Shown in pieces: positions 1 through 12,069 of a stretch of DNA of 64,000 bases. The notes below the pieces were generated by a model. The model was not told the origin of the DNA. It ran no database searches and saw only the letters and a program-made list of their open reading frames with translations. Source of the DNA: an uncultured Actinomycetota bacterium (lineage in GTDB: Bacteria; Actinomycetota; Actinomycetes; Mycobacteriales; Mycobacteriaceae); assembly GCA_963848855.1 (NCBI GenBank), contig CAWKFL010000003.1, positions 338,912 to 402,911 on the forward strand, read 5' to 3'. Numbering within the stretch: the stretch's first letter is position 1; the number at the start of each line of letters is the position of its first letter. A program made the translations under genes and the position numbers.

Positions 1-213
1 TCGTTTCCCGCATCCCTGGCCCGCCGCAAGGGGCTGACCCTGGTTTTGGTCAGGCGCATGAATGAGGCCTATCCACGGGCGATTCGGCTCGTCGATCAAG
101 GGTTGATCGACGTCTCGTCGATCGTGTCGCATCGGTATCCGATCGAGCGCGCCGCCGAGGCATTCACCATCGCCGCCGACCGGCAAGGCCTCAAGGTCGT
201 CGTAGAGCCTTAA
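1..213 (+). CDS. C-terminal fragment of a zinc-type (MDR) alcohol/polyol dehydrogenase; 5' end lies outside the window
   Basis: Frame 1 is open from the window edge to TAA at 211-213. The tail ...RRMNEAYPRAIRLVDQGLIDVSSIVSHRYPIERAAEAFTIAADRQGLKVVVEP resembles C-termini of sorbitol/threonine-dehydrogenase-like MDR enzymes. Confidence 0.55.
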   Translation, partial: SFPASLARRKGLTLVLVRRMNEAYPRAIRLVDQGLIDVSSIVSHRYPIERAAEAFTIAADRQGLKVVVEP

Positions 214-1163
214 GTGGGGTTTGCGTCGTGGTATTTGATGGCCCACGACATCGACCAACGGTCACCCGGAGGGATCCATCGCAGCCCTTCGCCGCTGTTG
301 AATGCGTCGGCAGGCGCAGTCATCGGTTCGATCGCAACCGCCGTGATCAACTCGCCCCTGCGGGGGAATTCGCGAGTGATGAAGACCTGGACATAGCCGA
401 ATTGGTCATCGGCCCAAAGCGATACGGTTCGCCCGTCGGGTGCGCTGAGCCAGTGGGTGCTTCCGCCTTCTCCCGTGGTCAGACCCGACCAAGCATCGTC
501 GAGGTCGAGTGTTTCCACGAGTCGTCCCTCGCGCAGGTCCCATTCGGTGTCCTGTACCGGCGTAACGCCGACCGGATTGAGGCGGTCGTCGACATCGATG
601 TGGTGGTCGGCCGAAACCGTCAGCGTGAGCATGTCGGTGCGTACGTCCCCGATTGCGAGAAACGGGTGGGCACCGACCGCGACTGGAGCACAGGCTGATC
701 CGACATTGCGTACGGTGTGCGTCACACGCATGCCGCCAGGGACGAGGGCGTAGCGCACCTTGCTGTCCAGCTGAAACGGGTAGCCATTCTGCGGAAAGAC
801 CTGTGCCCGCAGGGTCAGCGAGTCGCCGGTCCGCTCGACGAGTTGATAGGGCGTATTGCGCAGGAGGCCGTGAAGTGCGTTCCCGAGGCGGGGTTCGGTG
901 ATATCGAGTTGCAGCGTCTGCCCGTCGTGGGTCCATCGGCCGTCGCGCACGCGATTCGGCCACGGCACGAGGACGATTCCGCAGCCGAACGGCGGCGGGG
1001 TGTCGTCGTCGTAGCCCGCGGTGATCTCCACATCGTCGACCGACAGGTGCCGTATCGCGGCGGCGACCTCGGTGATGACCGCGCGCACGGATCGACCCGC
1101 AGCCGTCAGGGTCAGCTCGTATTGCTCGCCGAGTGCGGGCCGCGGTCGGAAGGACATCGCCAT
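210..1163 (-). CDS. aldose 1-epimerase (galactose mutarotase-like) family protein
   Basis: 317-aa ORF with family-typical segments (GCGIVLVPWPNRVRDGRW, GYPFQL, VAVGAHPFL). The ATG is preceded by little upstream ORF. Confidence 0.75.
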   Translation of the reverse strand: MAMSFRPRPALGEQYELTLTAAGRSVRAVITEVAAAIRHLSVDDVEITAGYDDDTPPPFGCGIVLVPWPNRVRDGRWTHDGQTLQLDITEPRLGNALHGLLRNTPYQLVERTGDSLTLRAQVFPQNGYPFQLDSKVRYALVPGGMRVTHTVRNVGSACAPVAVGAHPFLAIGDVRTDMLTLTVSADHHIDVDDRLNPVGVTPVQDTEWDLREGRLVETLDLDDAWSGLTTGEGGSTHWLSAPDGRTVSLWADDQFGYVQVFITREFPRRGELITAVAIEPMTAPADAFNSGEGLRWIPPGDRWSMSWAIKYHDANPT

Positions 1164-1190
1164 AATGTTAGCGCTAACAATTTTGGGGCA

Positions 1191-2948
1191 TCAGGCGATC
1201 CCGAACTCCTTGATCTTGCGGTAGATGGTGGCCCGTGACATGCCAAGGGCTTCGGCGGCCTCGGCCTTGCTGCCGCCGTTGTCCCGCAGGCTCCGCACAA
1301 TGGCATCTCGTTCGAGTGCTTCCAGCTGAGTGAGTCGCCGTCTGGCCAGCGAGCGGCATTCGGCAGGCAACTTGTCCGCGCCGATAATGCCTGAGCGCTG
1401 CAGTGATACCGCCTCCAGCAGGACTTTTCGCAGCTGCGCGACATTGCCCGGCCATGGCAGCTTGGTCAGCTGGCGCATGGCGTCTGGCCCCAACTGCACG
1501 TCGGCGCCTCTGGTCAATTCCCGCAGCAGGTGCGGTACCAGCTCCTGCAGATCTTCGATGCGGTGGCGTAACGCCGGGACGGTCACGGTATGGGTAAAGA
1601 ACGGCAGTACGAGCATGTCCAGCTGCGCCGACCTGCTGTCGCTTCCCGTCGTAGCGGCGATCCAGCCGCGCCCTGCGCGTCTTTGTAACACGCCGGTCAA
1701 GGGGTCGAGCGCGTCGTCGGGCAGCTGGTCGACGTTGGCGACCACAACGGCGAAGTCGTCGCCGTCGGTCTCAGCCTCCAGTTCGGTGATGAAATCGTCT
1801 GTGGTGTCGAAGTTTTCGGCGCGCAGCACCCGCACCGTTCGTTCGGGGGTGACGTGCTGCGCGACCGCCTGGCCCAATCTCGAGCGTCCAGAACCGCTCT
1901 CGCCTTCGAGCACCACCCAATCGCGGTCGCGGTAACAACGCTCCACCTGTTGGCAACTGCGCAGCCACGAGCTGCTGCGACCCCCGAGGCGCGGAATCGA
2001 CTCGAGCGCGACGCGAGGGGCCGGAGTGTCCTGGGAAGCCAGCTGCACGTGAAACACCACATTACTGCTCCGGCCGCGCGTCGAAAACTGCTCGGCCGCA
2101 GAGATTCTCGCGGTCGTGCCGCTGGGCAAGGTTGCGATGGCGGTCGCCGGACCCGAGGTGCGCGCCATCTCGTCGGCGTGATCCAACAACGCGGTCTGGT
2201 CGCCCGCATCCAGCGCCTGGCGCAGGTAGGGGTTCATCAGCACGACCTCGCCGCCGATGGCCAGCACACCGCCCGGATAACGACGGCTCTGCTTCAGATA
2301 GGTTTCGAGTAGCGCTGTTTCGCTCTCGTTCTTCAATGCCGAGAGACGATCTTCGATCTGACTTCCCGCGCTCTTGGCGAGCACGAACAACAGCGGATCG
2401 GATTGGTTTGCCCAACACGTCAGGTCGACCACGCCGAGTACCCGGCGGGTGATCGGATCGCGGATCGGCGACCCCGCGCAGGCCAGCCGACCCAAGGTGC
2501 CGACGTAGTGCTCGCTGCCCTGGATGAATGTGGGCGTACCGGTCTCCAACGTGGTGCCGATACCGTTGGTGCCCGCGTATTCCTCGGCATAGCTGTAGCC
2601 CTGGGCCAACCGTACGGCATCGAGTGCCCGCAGGATCGTAGGATCGGCGACCACCCGTTCGAGCACCAGCCCGTCGGCAGAGGTCAGGATGACGCTCACG
2701 GCCTGTGACGCCAGATCACTGGCGATCCGCCGCAACACCGGTGCCGCGGCGAGCACAAGCGGCGTTGCCGGGTCGGGGTCGCGCACATACGGCAACTCGA
2801 TGCGGTCCGGGTGCACGTGCAGCGCCCGTGACCTACGCCAGGAATTGAGCACACTGGGCGCGACGAGGTCGTCATCGAGCGCACCGGCGTTGAGAAACTG
2901 CTCCCGCGCGCGCTGCGTGCCCACGGCCGTATCGGCGTCTCTCGCCAT
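1191..2948 (-). CDS. mimR: GAF / AAA+-like / Fis-HTH transcriptional activator of the AcoR/NtrC type, MimR-like
   Basis: The ORF track gives 1191..3011. I prefer the ATG at 2948 (MARDADTAVG...). It has a GAF-like N-terminal half, a central GESGSGRS P-loop-like motif and a C-terminal EALGMSRATIYRKIKEFGI Fis-type HTH. It is divergent from mimA, as in M. smegmatis. Confidence 0.8.
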   Translation of the reverse strand: MARDADTAVGTQRAREQFLNAGALDDDLVAPSVLNSWRRSRALHVHPDRIELPYVRDPDPATPLVLAAAPVLRRIASDLASQAVSVILTSADGLVLERVVADPTILRALDAVRLAQGYSYAEEYAGTNGIGTTLETGTPTFIQGSEHYVGTLGRLACAGSPIRDPITRRVLGVVDLTCWANQSDPLLFVLAKSAGSQIEDRLSALKNESETALLETYLKQSRRYPGGVLAIGGEVVLMNPYLRQALDAGDQTALLDHADEMARTSGPATAIATLPSGTTARISAAEQFSTRGRSSNVVFHVQLASQDTPAPRVALESIPRLGGRSSSWLRSCQQVERCYRDRDWVVLEGESGSGRSRLGQAVAQHVTPERTVRVLRAENFDTTDDFITELEAETDGDDFAVVVANVDQLPDDALDPLTGVLQRRAGRGWIAATTGSDSRSAQLDMLVLPFFTHTVTVPALRHRIEDLQELVPHLLRELTRGADVQLGPDAMRQLTKLPWPGNVAQLRKVLLEAVSLQRSGIIGADKLPAECRSLARRRLTQLEALERDAIVRSLRDNGGSKAEAAEALGMSRATIYRKIKEFGIA

Positions 2949-3011
2949 GGTGGCTGTACCTCGGTCCTGAATGGCTGCACCAGCAGGGTAGACCGCATCG
3001 GTGTGACCCAC

Positions 3012-3026
3012 GTCTCAAATTGAGAC
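3012..3026. promoter_or_regulatory. perfect palindrome GTCTCA-aat-TGAGAC in the mimR/mimA divergent region (candidate activator site)
   Basis: Read directly from the sequence. It shares its half-site with the second palindrome at 3057-3073. Confidence 0.4.
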
Positions 3027-3056
3027 TACTGGCTGTCCAGGCTCGGGTGTGATGTG

Positions 3057-3073
3057 CGTCTCAGACTGAGACG
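3057..3073. promoter_or_regulatory. perfect palindrome CGTCTCA-gac-TGAGACG, about 90 bp upstream of the mimA start
   Basis: Read directly. Same GTCTCA-N3-TGAGAC core as 3012-3026; the centres are 46 bp apart. Confidence 0.4.
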
Positions 3074-3155
3074 GTCACATGCCAGTTCGCGGAGTTCCAT
3101 CTGATGTGCAAGGTCAGCCCGCCGGTCCTGTCCGGCACGCACACAGGAGGCTCAG

Positions 3156-4784
3156 TTGAGTCGACAAAGCCTCACCAAGGCTCACGCAAAAATCACCGAA
3201 CTGTCATGGGAACCCACATTTGCAACGCCGGCCACCCGGTTCGGCACCGACTACACGTTCGAGAAGGCCCCGAAAAAGGATCCGCTGAAGCAGATCATGC
3301 GGTCCTACTTCCCGATGGAAGAAGAGAAGGACAACCGCGTCTTCGGCGCCATGGACGGCGCCATCCGCGGCAACATGTTCCGTCAGGTGCAGCAGCGCTG
3401 GCTGGAATGGCAGAAGCTGTTCCTATCGATCATCCCGTTCCCGGAGATCTCGGCGGCCCGCGCGATGCCGATGGCCATCGACGCGGTACCCAACCCGGAG
3501 ATCCACAACGGCCTGGCGGTTCAGATGATCGACGAGGTCCGTCACTCGACGATCCAGATGAACCTCAAGAAGCTGTACATGAACAACTACATCGACCCGG
3601 CTGGCTTCGACATCACGGAGAAGGCATTCGCGAACAACTACGCGGGGACGATCGGAAGGCAGTTCGGCGAGGGGTTCATCACCGGCGACGCGATCACCGC
3701 GGCCAATATCTACCTGACGGTGGTGGCCGAAACAGCCTTCACCAATACCCTTTTCGTGGCGATGCCCGATGAGGCCGCAGCCAACGGTGACTACCTGTTG
3801 CCGACGGTATTCCACTCGGTGCAGTCCGACGAGTCCCGGCACATCTCGAACGGCTACTCGATCCTGCTGATGGCGTTGGCCGACGAACGCAACCGGCCGC
3901 TACTCGAACGCGACCTTCGATACGCATGGTGGAACAACCACTGCGTGGTCGACGCCGCGATCGGCACGTTCATCGAATACGGCACCAAGGACCGGCGCAA
4001 GGATAGGGAAAGCTATGCCGAGATGTGGCGGCGCTGGATCTACGACGATTACTACCGCAGTTACCTTCTCCCACTGGAGAAATACGGCCTGACCATCCCG
4101 CACGACCTGGTCGAGGAAGCCTGGAAGCGCATCGTCGACAAGCACTACGTGCACCGGGTTGCGCAGTTCTTCGCCACCGGCTGGCCGGTTAACTACTGGC
4201 GCATCGATGCCATGACGGACAAGGACTTCGAGTGGTTTGAGGAGAAGTACCCCGGTTGGTACAACAAGTTCGGCAAGTGGTGGGAGGACTACAACAGGCT
4301 GGCATACCCCGGTCGGAACAAGCCCATCGCCTTCGAAGAGGTCGGCTACACCTACCCGCAGCGCTGCTGGACCTGCATGGTGCCGTGCCTGATCCGCGAG
4401 GACACCGTCCTTGACGAGGTCGACGGCCAGTGGCGCACCTACTGCTCGGAGACCTGCCACTGGACCGACGCGGTTGCGTTCCGCGGCGAGTACGACGGCA
4501 GGCCGACGCCGAACATGGGTCGCCTCACCGGATTCCGCGAGTGGGAGACGTTGCACCACGGCAAAGACCTCGCCGACATCATCTCGGATCTTGGCTACGT
4601 CCGCGACGACGGCAAGACGCTGATCCCGCAGCCGCATCTTGACCTCGATCCGAAGAAGATGTGGACGCTCGACGACGTCCGCGGCAGTGTGTTCAACAGC
4701 CCGAACGTGCTGCTCAATGAGATGAGCGACGAGGAGCGCGAGGCCTACATCGCGGCGTATCGCGCCGACACGTTATCGGTCTAA
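3156..4784 (+). CDS. mimA: soluble di-iron monooxygenase hydroxylase large (alpha) subunit, propane/acetone monooxygenase type
   Basis: Intact 542-aa ORF with a TTG start 5 nt after AGGAGG. Di-iron ligand motifs DEVRH and ESRH are present, and the protein resembles PrmA/MimA over its full length by eye. Confidence 0.93.
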   Translation: MSRQSLTKAHAKITELSWEPTFATPATRFGTDYTFEKAPKKDPLKQIMRSYFPMEEEKDNRVFGAMDGAIRGNMFRQVQQRWLEWQKLFLSIIPFPEISAARAMPMAIDAVPNPEIHNGLAVQMIDEVRHSTIQMNLKKLYMNNYIDPAGFDITEKAFANNYAGTIGRQFGEGFITGDAITAANIYLTVVAETAFTNTLFVAMPDEAAANGDYLLPTVFHSVQSDESRHISNGYSILLMALADERNRPLLERDLRYAWWNNHCVVDAAIGTFIEYGTKDRRKDRESYAEMWRRWIYDDYYRSYLLPLEKYGLTIPHDLVEEAWKRIVDKHYVHRVAQFFATGWPVNYWRIDAMTDKDFEWFEEKYPGWYNKFGKWWEDYNRLAYPGRNKPIAFEEVGYTYPQRCWTCMVPCLIREDTVLDEVDGQWRTYCSETCHWTDAVAFRGEYDGRPTPNMGRLTGFREWETLHHGKDLADIISDLGYVRDDGKTLIPQPHLDLDPKKMWTLDDVRGSVFNSPNVLLNEMSDEEREAYIAAYRADTLSV

Positions 4785-4812
4785 CCGTCTGGACCCCGTC
4801 GAGTCCCCCGCC

Positions 4813-4855
4813 CCCGGTGGGTGGTGTCGTGACCTCTCCGGCGCCACCCACCGGG
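4813..4855 (+). other. intercistronic GC-rich hairpin between mimA and mimB (12-bp perfect stem, 19-nt loop)
   Basis: 4813-4824 (cccggtgggtgg) is the exact reverse complement of 4844-4855 (ccacccaccggg). Confidence 0.45.
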
Positions 4856-4891
4856 TTCCAACTCGCCCAGCGAAAGCCTAAGGAGGCATCC

Positions 4892-5936
4892 GTGGCCGAC
4901 ATGCACCGCATCAGCTTCGAGCCGGTCGAACATCGAGATGGAGGTCGGCGAGGACGAGAAGATCCTGGACGCGGCGTTCCGGCAGGGCATCCACTTGATG
5001 CACGGGTGCCGTGAGGGTCGCTGCTCGGCGTGCAAGTCGTATCTTCTCGACGGCGACATCCAGATGGAGAACTACTCGACGTTCGCGTGCAACGACGCGG
5101 AGGTCGAGGAGGGCTACGTGCTGCTGTGCCGTTCACACGCGTTCAGCGACTGCACGATCGAGCTGCTGAACTTCGACGAGGACGAACTGCTCGGTGGTGT
5201 GCCCATCCAGGATCTCCGCGCGACGGTGACGGCGGTCCAGCCGGTGACCCGCGACATCGTGTCCCTGCGGCTTGAGGCGGTGGAGCCGGCCAGCTTCGAG
5301 TTCAAGCCAGGTCAGTACGCCGACATTGGAATCCCGGGCAGTGACGAGCACCGGTCGTTCTCGATGGCGACCACACAGTCCACCCCGGGCCAGATCGAGT
5401 TCCTGATCAAGAAGTATCCGGGCGGGAAGTTCTCCGGCCTGCTTGACGGCGGTATCGGGGTGGGCGACGAGCTGTCGCTCACCGGGCCGTACGGTACCTC
5501 CACACTCAAGGACGGCCACGTCCTGCCAGTGGTCTGCGTCGCCGGCGGGGCCGGTATGGCGCCCGTCTTGTCAATCCTGCGGCATCTGAGCGAGACGGCC
5601 AGCTCGCGCCCGGTCCGGTTCTATTACGGTGCCCGCACCGCGGCCGACCTGTTCTACCTCGACGAGATCGCCGAAATTGGAAGGGGTCTCAAGGATTTCG
5701 CATTCGTGGCGTGTCTTTCGGAGTCGATGGACGGAGAACTACCCGACACGGTGACGGTCGAAGAGGGCAACGTGACCGATGTCGTCGCCCGCAACGAGGG
5801 CGACATCGGCAGAACCGAGATCTACATGTGCGGCCCGCCGCCGATGGTCGACGCTGCCCTGGACCTACTCGAAACCCGTGTGGTGCCCAAGGATCAGATC
5901 TTCTACGACAAGTTCACCAGCCCCATCTTCGACTGA
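4892..5936 (+). pseudogene. mimB: monooxygenase reductase (2Fe-2S ferredoxin + FAD/NAD(P) domains); one +1 indel near 4929-4930 as assembled
   Basis: GTG at 4892 lies 5 nt after AAGGAGG and gives VADMHRISFEPV. The frame then has to shift into the 4938..5936 ORF (IEMEVGEDEKILDAAFRQG...CREGRCSACK). The span of 1045 nt equals 3n+1. Confidence 0.85.
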
Positions 5937-5984
5937 TTCCGTCCCAAACGTTTTGCAGCCCAAAGAGAAACAGGAAGGATCGCA

Positions 5985-7098
5985 ATGTCTGCACCCGCAA
6001 AGCAGCGTAGCTTCCCCAAGATCGAGTTCACGGACTCGGAGGCGGGCGCGCTGGAGTTCCCCAGTTCCAAGAGCCGCAAGTTCACCTACTACAAGCCGGC
6101 CAAGCTTCGCTCGACGATGTACGAGGACGTCACCATCGACGTTCAGCCCGACCCGGAACGGCATCTCTCGCAGGGCTGGATCTACGGCTTCGGCGATGGA
6201 CCCGGCGGCTACCCGCAGGACTGGACCGTGGCGAAATCTTCCAACTGGCATGCCTTCCTCGACCCCAATGAGGAGTGGGAGCAGACCATCTACCGAAACA
6301 ATGCCGCGGTGGTGCGTCAGGTGGATCTCTGTCTGCGCAATGCCAAGCGCGCGCGTGCCTATGAGGGCTGGAACACATCGTGGTTGAAGTTCCTCGAGCG
6401 TCACCTCGGGGCGTGGATGCACGCCGAGAACGGCATGGCGTTGCACGTGTTCACCTCCATCCAGCGGTCGGCCCCGACGAACATGATCAACAACGCGGTC
6501 GCTGTCAACGCCGCCCACAAGTTGCGATTCGCGCAGGACCTGGCGTTGTTCAACCTCGATCTGTCCGAGGAGACCGAGGGATTCGACGGGCAAGCGCACA
6601 GGGAGACCTGGCGGTCAGCGCCCGAGTGGCAGCCGACGCGCGAGGTCGTCGAGCGCCTGACCGCGGTCGGCGATTGGTGCGAGCTGCTGTTCGCGACCAA
6701 TATCGTGTTCGAACAGCTTGTGGGCCAGCTGTTCCGCAGCGAGCTGGTGATGCAGATCGCCGCGCGCAACGGTGACTACATCACCCCCACCATCGTCGGC
6801 ACCGGTGAGAACGACTACGACCGCGACCTGGCCTACACGCGAAACCTGTTCCGGATCCTGTCCCGCGACGAGCAATTCGGCGAATCGAACAAGGAACTGT
6901 TCTCGTCGTGGCTGTCCATCTGGATACCGCGGTGCCTGGACGCCGCCCATGCCCTGCAACCGCTGTGGTCGCAGCCAGCCGAAAAGGTCGTCACGTTCGC
7001 CACCAGCCTCGGCCACACCGAGGGCAAGTTCACCGATCCTGCTCGAGTCGATCGAGCTCAGTGCCCCCCAGGAGATCACGAAGGAGTCGGACAAGTGA
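5985..7098 (+). pseudogene. mimC: monooxygenase hydroxylase small (beta) subunit; one indel at about 7032-7038 as assembled
   Basis: The ORF from 5985 reads sensibly to ...SLGHTEGKFTD and then becomes Arg/Pro junk. The adjacent frame continues LLESIELSAPQEITKESDK and stops at 7096-7098. The span equals 3n+1. Confidence 0.85.
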
Positions 7099-7100
7099 CC

Positions 7101-7563
7101 ATGCAGTTCGGATCAGACACCGCAGTTCTCCAACATGTGCGGCGTTACGTTGATGAACACTCCGATGGGCCGCGTCGTCGCCGACGTGATGGGCGCCAAG
7201 GAGGGCGTCGAGCTCACCGAGTACCCGTCGATGATCCGTGTCGACGGCCAGCGGGTGCTCGACTTCGACTACGCCGAAATCACCGATGCCCTCGGTGAGG
7301 AGTTCGACGGCTCGATCTTCGAGGAGATCAGCTCCACGCACTACGGGCGCATGGTCCACCTCGACGACAAGACTCTGCTGTTCGCCAACCCGGAGGACGC
7401 CGCCGAGTACATCGGTTTCGACCTCACCGCTGATGAGCTAATCCGAGATAGCCGCACAGTCCCAACGGGATCAAGGATGTACTCATGTACCAAAAGGACG
7501 GTAACACGTACTTCATCGTGGACGGCCACGTGCACATCTGGGACGGTCGCGAGTCGAACCTGA
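7101..7563 (+). pseudogene. mimD: monooxygenase coupling/effector protein (MmoB/DmpM family); N-terminal indel at about 7122-7126 and an unresolved 3' end
   Basis: ATG 7101 follows AAGGAG (7081-7086) and gives MQFGSDTA. The frame then moves to [23 protein letters not shown]...[11 protein letters not shown]. The in-frame stop comes only at 7561-7563, 79 nt inside the next gene. Alternative-frame stops sit at about 7430-7440, so the true end is probably there. Confidence 0.7.
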
Positions 7564-8535
7564 AGAACATCCACGGCAAGCAGTTCATCGACTGCTTCTA
7601 CGACTATCACACGAACCTGTCCCCGGAGGAGGTGGTGTGGGACTACGACACCTACACCTATTACGGCGGCGAACGGCTTCATGCGGGACCTGTTCGCCGA
7701 GGGGTACGTCGACCACGCGATCTTCCAGGCGACCCTGCTCAGTGACTTCTACATCAACGGGTTCGGGCAAACCGAGGAAGCCTTCGGCCTGGCGCAACAA
7801 GCATCCCGGACAAGCTGACCTACAACCACGCCTACGACCCGCGCAACGGAGAGGCCGGGCTGGAGCAGCTGCGCCGGGACGCCGAGCGGATGAACCTGCA
7901 AGGGCGTCAAGCTCTACACCGCCGAGTGGCACGGCGACTCGCGCGGCTACAAGCTCGACGACCCGTGGTCGCGGCGATACCTCGAAGAGTGCATCAAGCT
8001 GGGCATCAAGAACATCCACGTGCACAAGGGCCCGACGATCCGGCCCGCTGGACCGCGATGCCTTCGACGTCGCCGACGTCGACAAGGTCGCCACCGACTA
8101 CCTGGAGCTCAACTTCATCGTCGAGCACGTGCGGCCTGCCCCGCTTGGAGGACTTCTGCTGGATCGCCACCCAGGAGTCCAACGTGTACGGCGGCCTGGC
8201 CGTGGCGATTCCGTTCATCCACACCCGGCCGCGGTACTTCGCCCAGATCATCGGCGAGCTGCTGTACTGGATCGGCGAGGACAAGATCCTGTTCGCCAGC
8301 GACTATGCGCTGTGGACCCCGAAGTGGCTGATCGAGAAGTTCGTCGACTTCCAGATCCCCGAGGACATGACGCGAGTACGCGCCGATCACCGTCGAGGCA
8401 GAAGCGAGAAGATCCTCGGGCTCAACGCGGCTGCGCTCTACGACATCGACGTTCCCGCCGAGCTGCGACTGGCCACCCGGACGCCAGGACACCGTGGAGG
8501 TCGCCGCCGGCGCCAAGGAAGCGGTGCCGTCATGA
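7485..8535 (+). pseudogene. metal-dependent amidohydrolase (TIM-barrel), mim-cluster accessory gene; at least 7 frame changes as assembled
   Basis: The protein can be followed across three frames: [21 protein letters not shown]... / MRDLFAEGYVDHAIFQ... / GVKLYTAEWHGDSRGYKLDDPWSRRYLEECIKLGIKNIHVHKGPTIRP / LDRDAFDVADVDKVATDYLELNFIVEH / GLPRLEDFCWIATQESNVYGG...FASDYALWTPKWLIEKF. The likely stop is TGA 8533-8535. Confidence 0.75.
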
Positions 8536-9277
8536 CCGTCGCCGTCGCTGTCAGCCTGGAGTCCGACATATGGCGGCGCTGTCACCGTCACCGACCCCGA
8601 GCTGGATCAGCCGATCACCGACCTCGGATTCGTGCGATCGGTTTCGGTTGACGACGGCGGTGTCACCGTTCATCTCCGGCTGCCGACGGCGTTCTGCTCG
8701 CCGAACTTCGCCTACCTGATGGCCTCGGACACCCAGGACGCACTGCGGGCGGTGCAAGACGTCGGCGAGGTTCGGGTGCTGCTCGACGACCATCACGACA
8801 GCGACAAGATCAACGCCGGTCTGGCGGCCGACTGCCGGCTACGTCGGGACGTTCGGATCCGAAGCGGAGGAGAGTCTCGATCGAGCTGCGCAGGACATTC
8901 CTGTGCAAGGCACACACCGCGGCGATGGAGCGGTGCGTGCGGCGATGATAGGCAAAATCGCGTGGGCGCCAACAAGATTCACCTGCTGACTCTGCGCGAT
9001 CTGCCCGAGGGGAGCGACAAGGCGGCGCTGCTGCGCCGCCGGTTCGCCCTCGGCCTGAGCATGTGCCCGAACGGCCGGGTGATGGTCGACGAGGTCGGTC
9101 ATCCGCTGGCGGCCGAGGAGGTGCCGATGCGGCTGCGCTTCGCCAAGTCCGTTCGGATCTCGATGGAAGGCAACGCGCCACTTCTGCCGCGGACTGCTGG
9201 CGACCCGCTACGACGATGAGCGCGGCGGCGTACACGACGTAATGCAATTCACCAACTCCAGAACGAGGAGCCCGTGA
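8532..9277 (+). pseudogene. DUF59 (MIP18/SufT-like Fe-S assembly domain) protein, mim-cluster accessory; several frame changes as assembled
   Basis: ATG 8532 overlaps the upstream stop (ATGA). The DUF59 signature ...VTDPELDQPITDLGFVRSVSVDDGGVTVHLRLPTAFCSPNFAYLM... is present, but the flanking N- and C-terminal parts lie in other frames. The span equals 3n+2. Confidence 0.6.
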
Positions 9278-10299
9278 TGAAAGCCGTGCAGGTCGTCGGA
9301 TACCACACCAAGCTGCAGCTCACCGATATACCCGAGCCGACCATCGAAGGGCCGCTGGACGTCATCGTGAAGATCGGCGGTGCGGGGGTGTGCCGCACCG
9401 ATCTGCACATCCTCGAAGGGCAGTGGGAGCAGAAGTCCGGCGTCGAGTTGCCGTACACGATCGGCCACGAGAACGCCGGCTGGGTGCACGCCGTCGGCGA
9501 CGCGGTCACCAACGTCGCCGTCGGCGACAAGGTGATTCTGCACCCGCTGATCACGTGCGGGCTGTGCCGCGCCTGCCGGTTCGGCGACGATGTGCACTGC
9601 GAGAACAGCAGTTTCCCTGGCATCGACACCAACGGTGGGTACGCCGAGTATCTGCGCACCACCGCCCGCAGCGTGGTCCGGATCGACGATGCGCTCGAGC
9701 CGGCCGACGTCGCCGCCCTCGCCGACGCCGGCCTGACGGCGTACCACGCGGCCGCCAAGGCGGCGCGGGCGACCGACCCGGGACGTCTGCGTCGTGATCG
9801 GCGCGGGCGGCCTCGGCCACATCGGCATCCAGGTGCTGAAGGCGATCTCGGGCGTCACCGTGGTCGTGTCGACCGCAACCCGGCCGCCGTCGAACTCGCC
9901 GTGGAGATCGGCGCCGACCACGGCATCGTCGCCGACGGCACCCACGTCGAGCAGGTGCTGGACCTGACCGGCGGCAACGGCGCCGAGGCCGTCGTCGACT
10001 TCGTCGGCGAGGGCGGCGCGACCGCAGAGGGATCGCGATGCTGCGCCGCGCCGGCAACTACTACGTCGTCGGCTACGGCGAGAACATCGACGTCCCGACG
10101 ATCGACGTCATCTCCACCGAGATCAACTTCATCGGCAACCTGGTCGGCTCCTACAACGACCTGCAGGAGCTGATGGTCCTCGCGGCCCAGGGCAAGGTCA
10201 CCCTGCACACGACCAAGTACCCGCTGGAGGAATTCCAGAGGGCGATTGACGATCTCGACGCGGGCCGGGTGCGCGGCCGCGCGATTCTCGATTCCCTGA
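9277..10299 (+). pseudogene. zinc-dependent alcohol dehydrogenase (MDR family); about 4 frame changes as assembled
   Basis: MKAVQVVGYH...GAGVCRTDLHILEG...GHENAG is followed by [27 protein letters not shown] in a second frame. It returns to frame for [17 protein letters not shown], then [22 protein letters not shown]... runs in the 10038 frame. The natural end ...GRAILIP-TGA at 10297-10299 needs one more shift. Confidence 0.75.
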
Positions 10300-11988
<1,689 letters not shown>

Positions 11989-12022
11989 GGCGGCAGTCGG
12001 TGCCGACGCTGGAAATTGCATC

Positions 12023-12056
12023 CAGGGCTGTGATCGACCCACCGTCCACAGCCCTG
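12023..12056. terminator. hairpin between convergent mimG and the SnoaL-like gene (10-bp stem), possibly a bidirectional terminator
   Basis: cagggctgtg (12023-12032) pairs with cacagccctg (12047-12056). There is no clear U-tract. Confidence 0.35.
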
Positions 12057-12069
12057 CGTCCAATCTCCG

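Noticed and set aside
3128-3146. GGCAC motifs that resemble sigma-54 -24 elements (ccGGCACgcacacagg upstream of mimA; also gTGGCACttcacTGAAg at about 38669-38685).
   Set aside because: There is no TTGC(A/T) -12 element at the right spacing. The first motif overlaps the mimA RBS. Sigma-54 is not known in mycobacteria.
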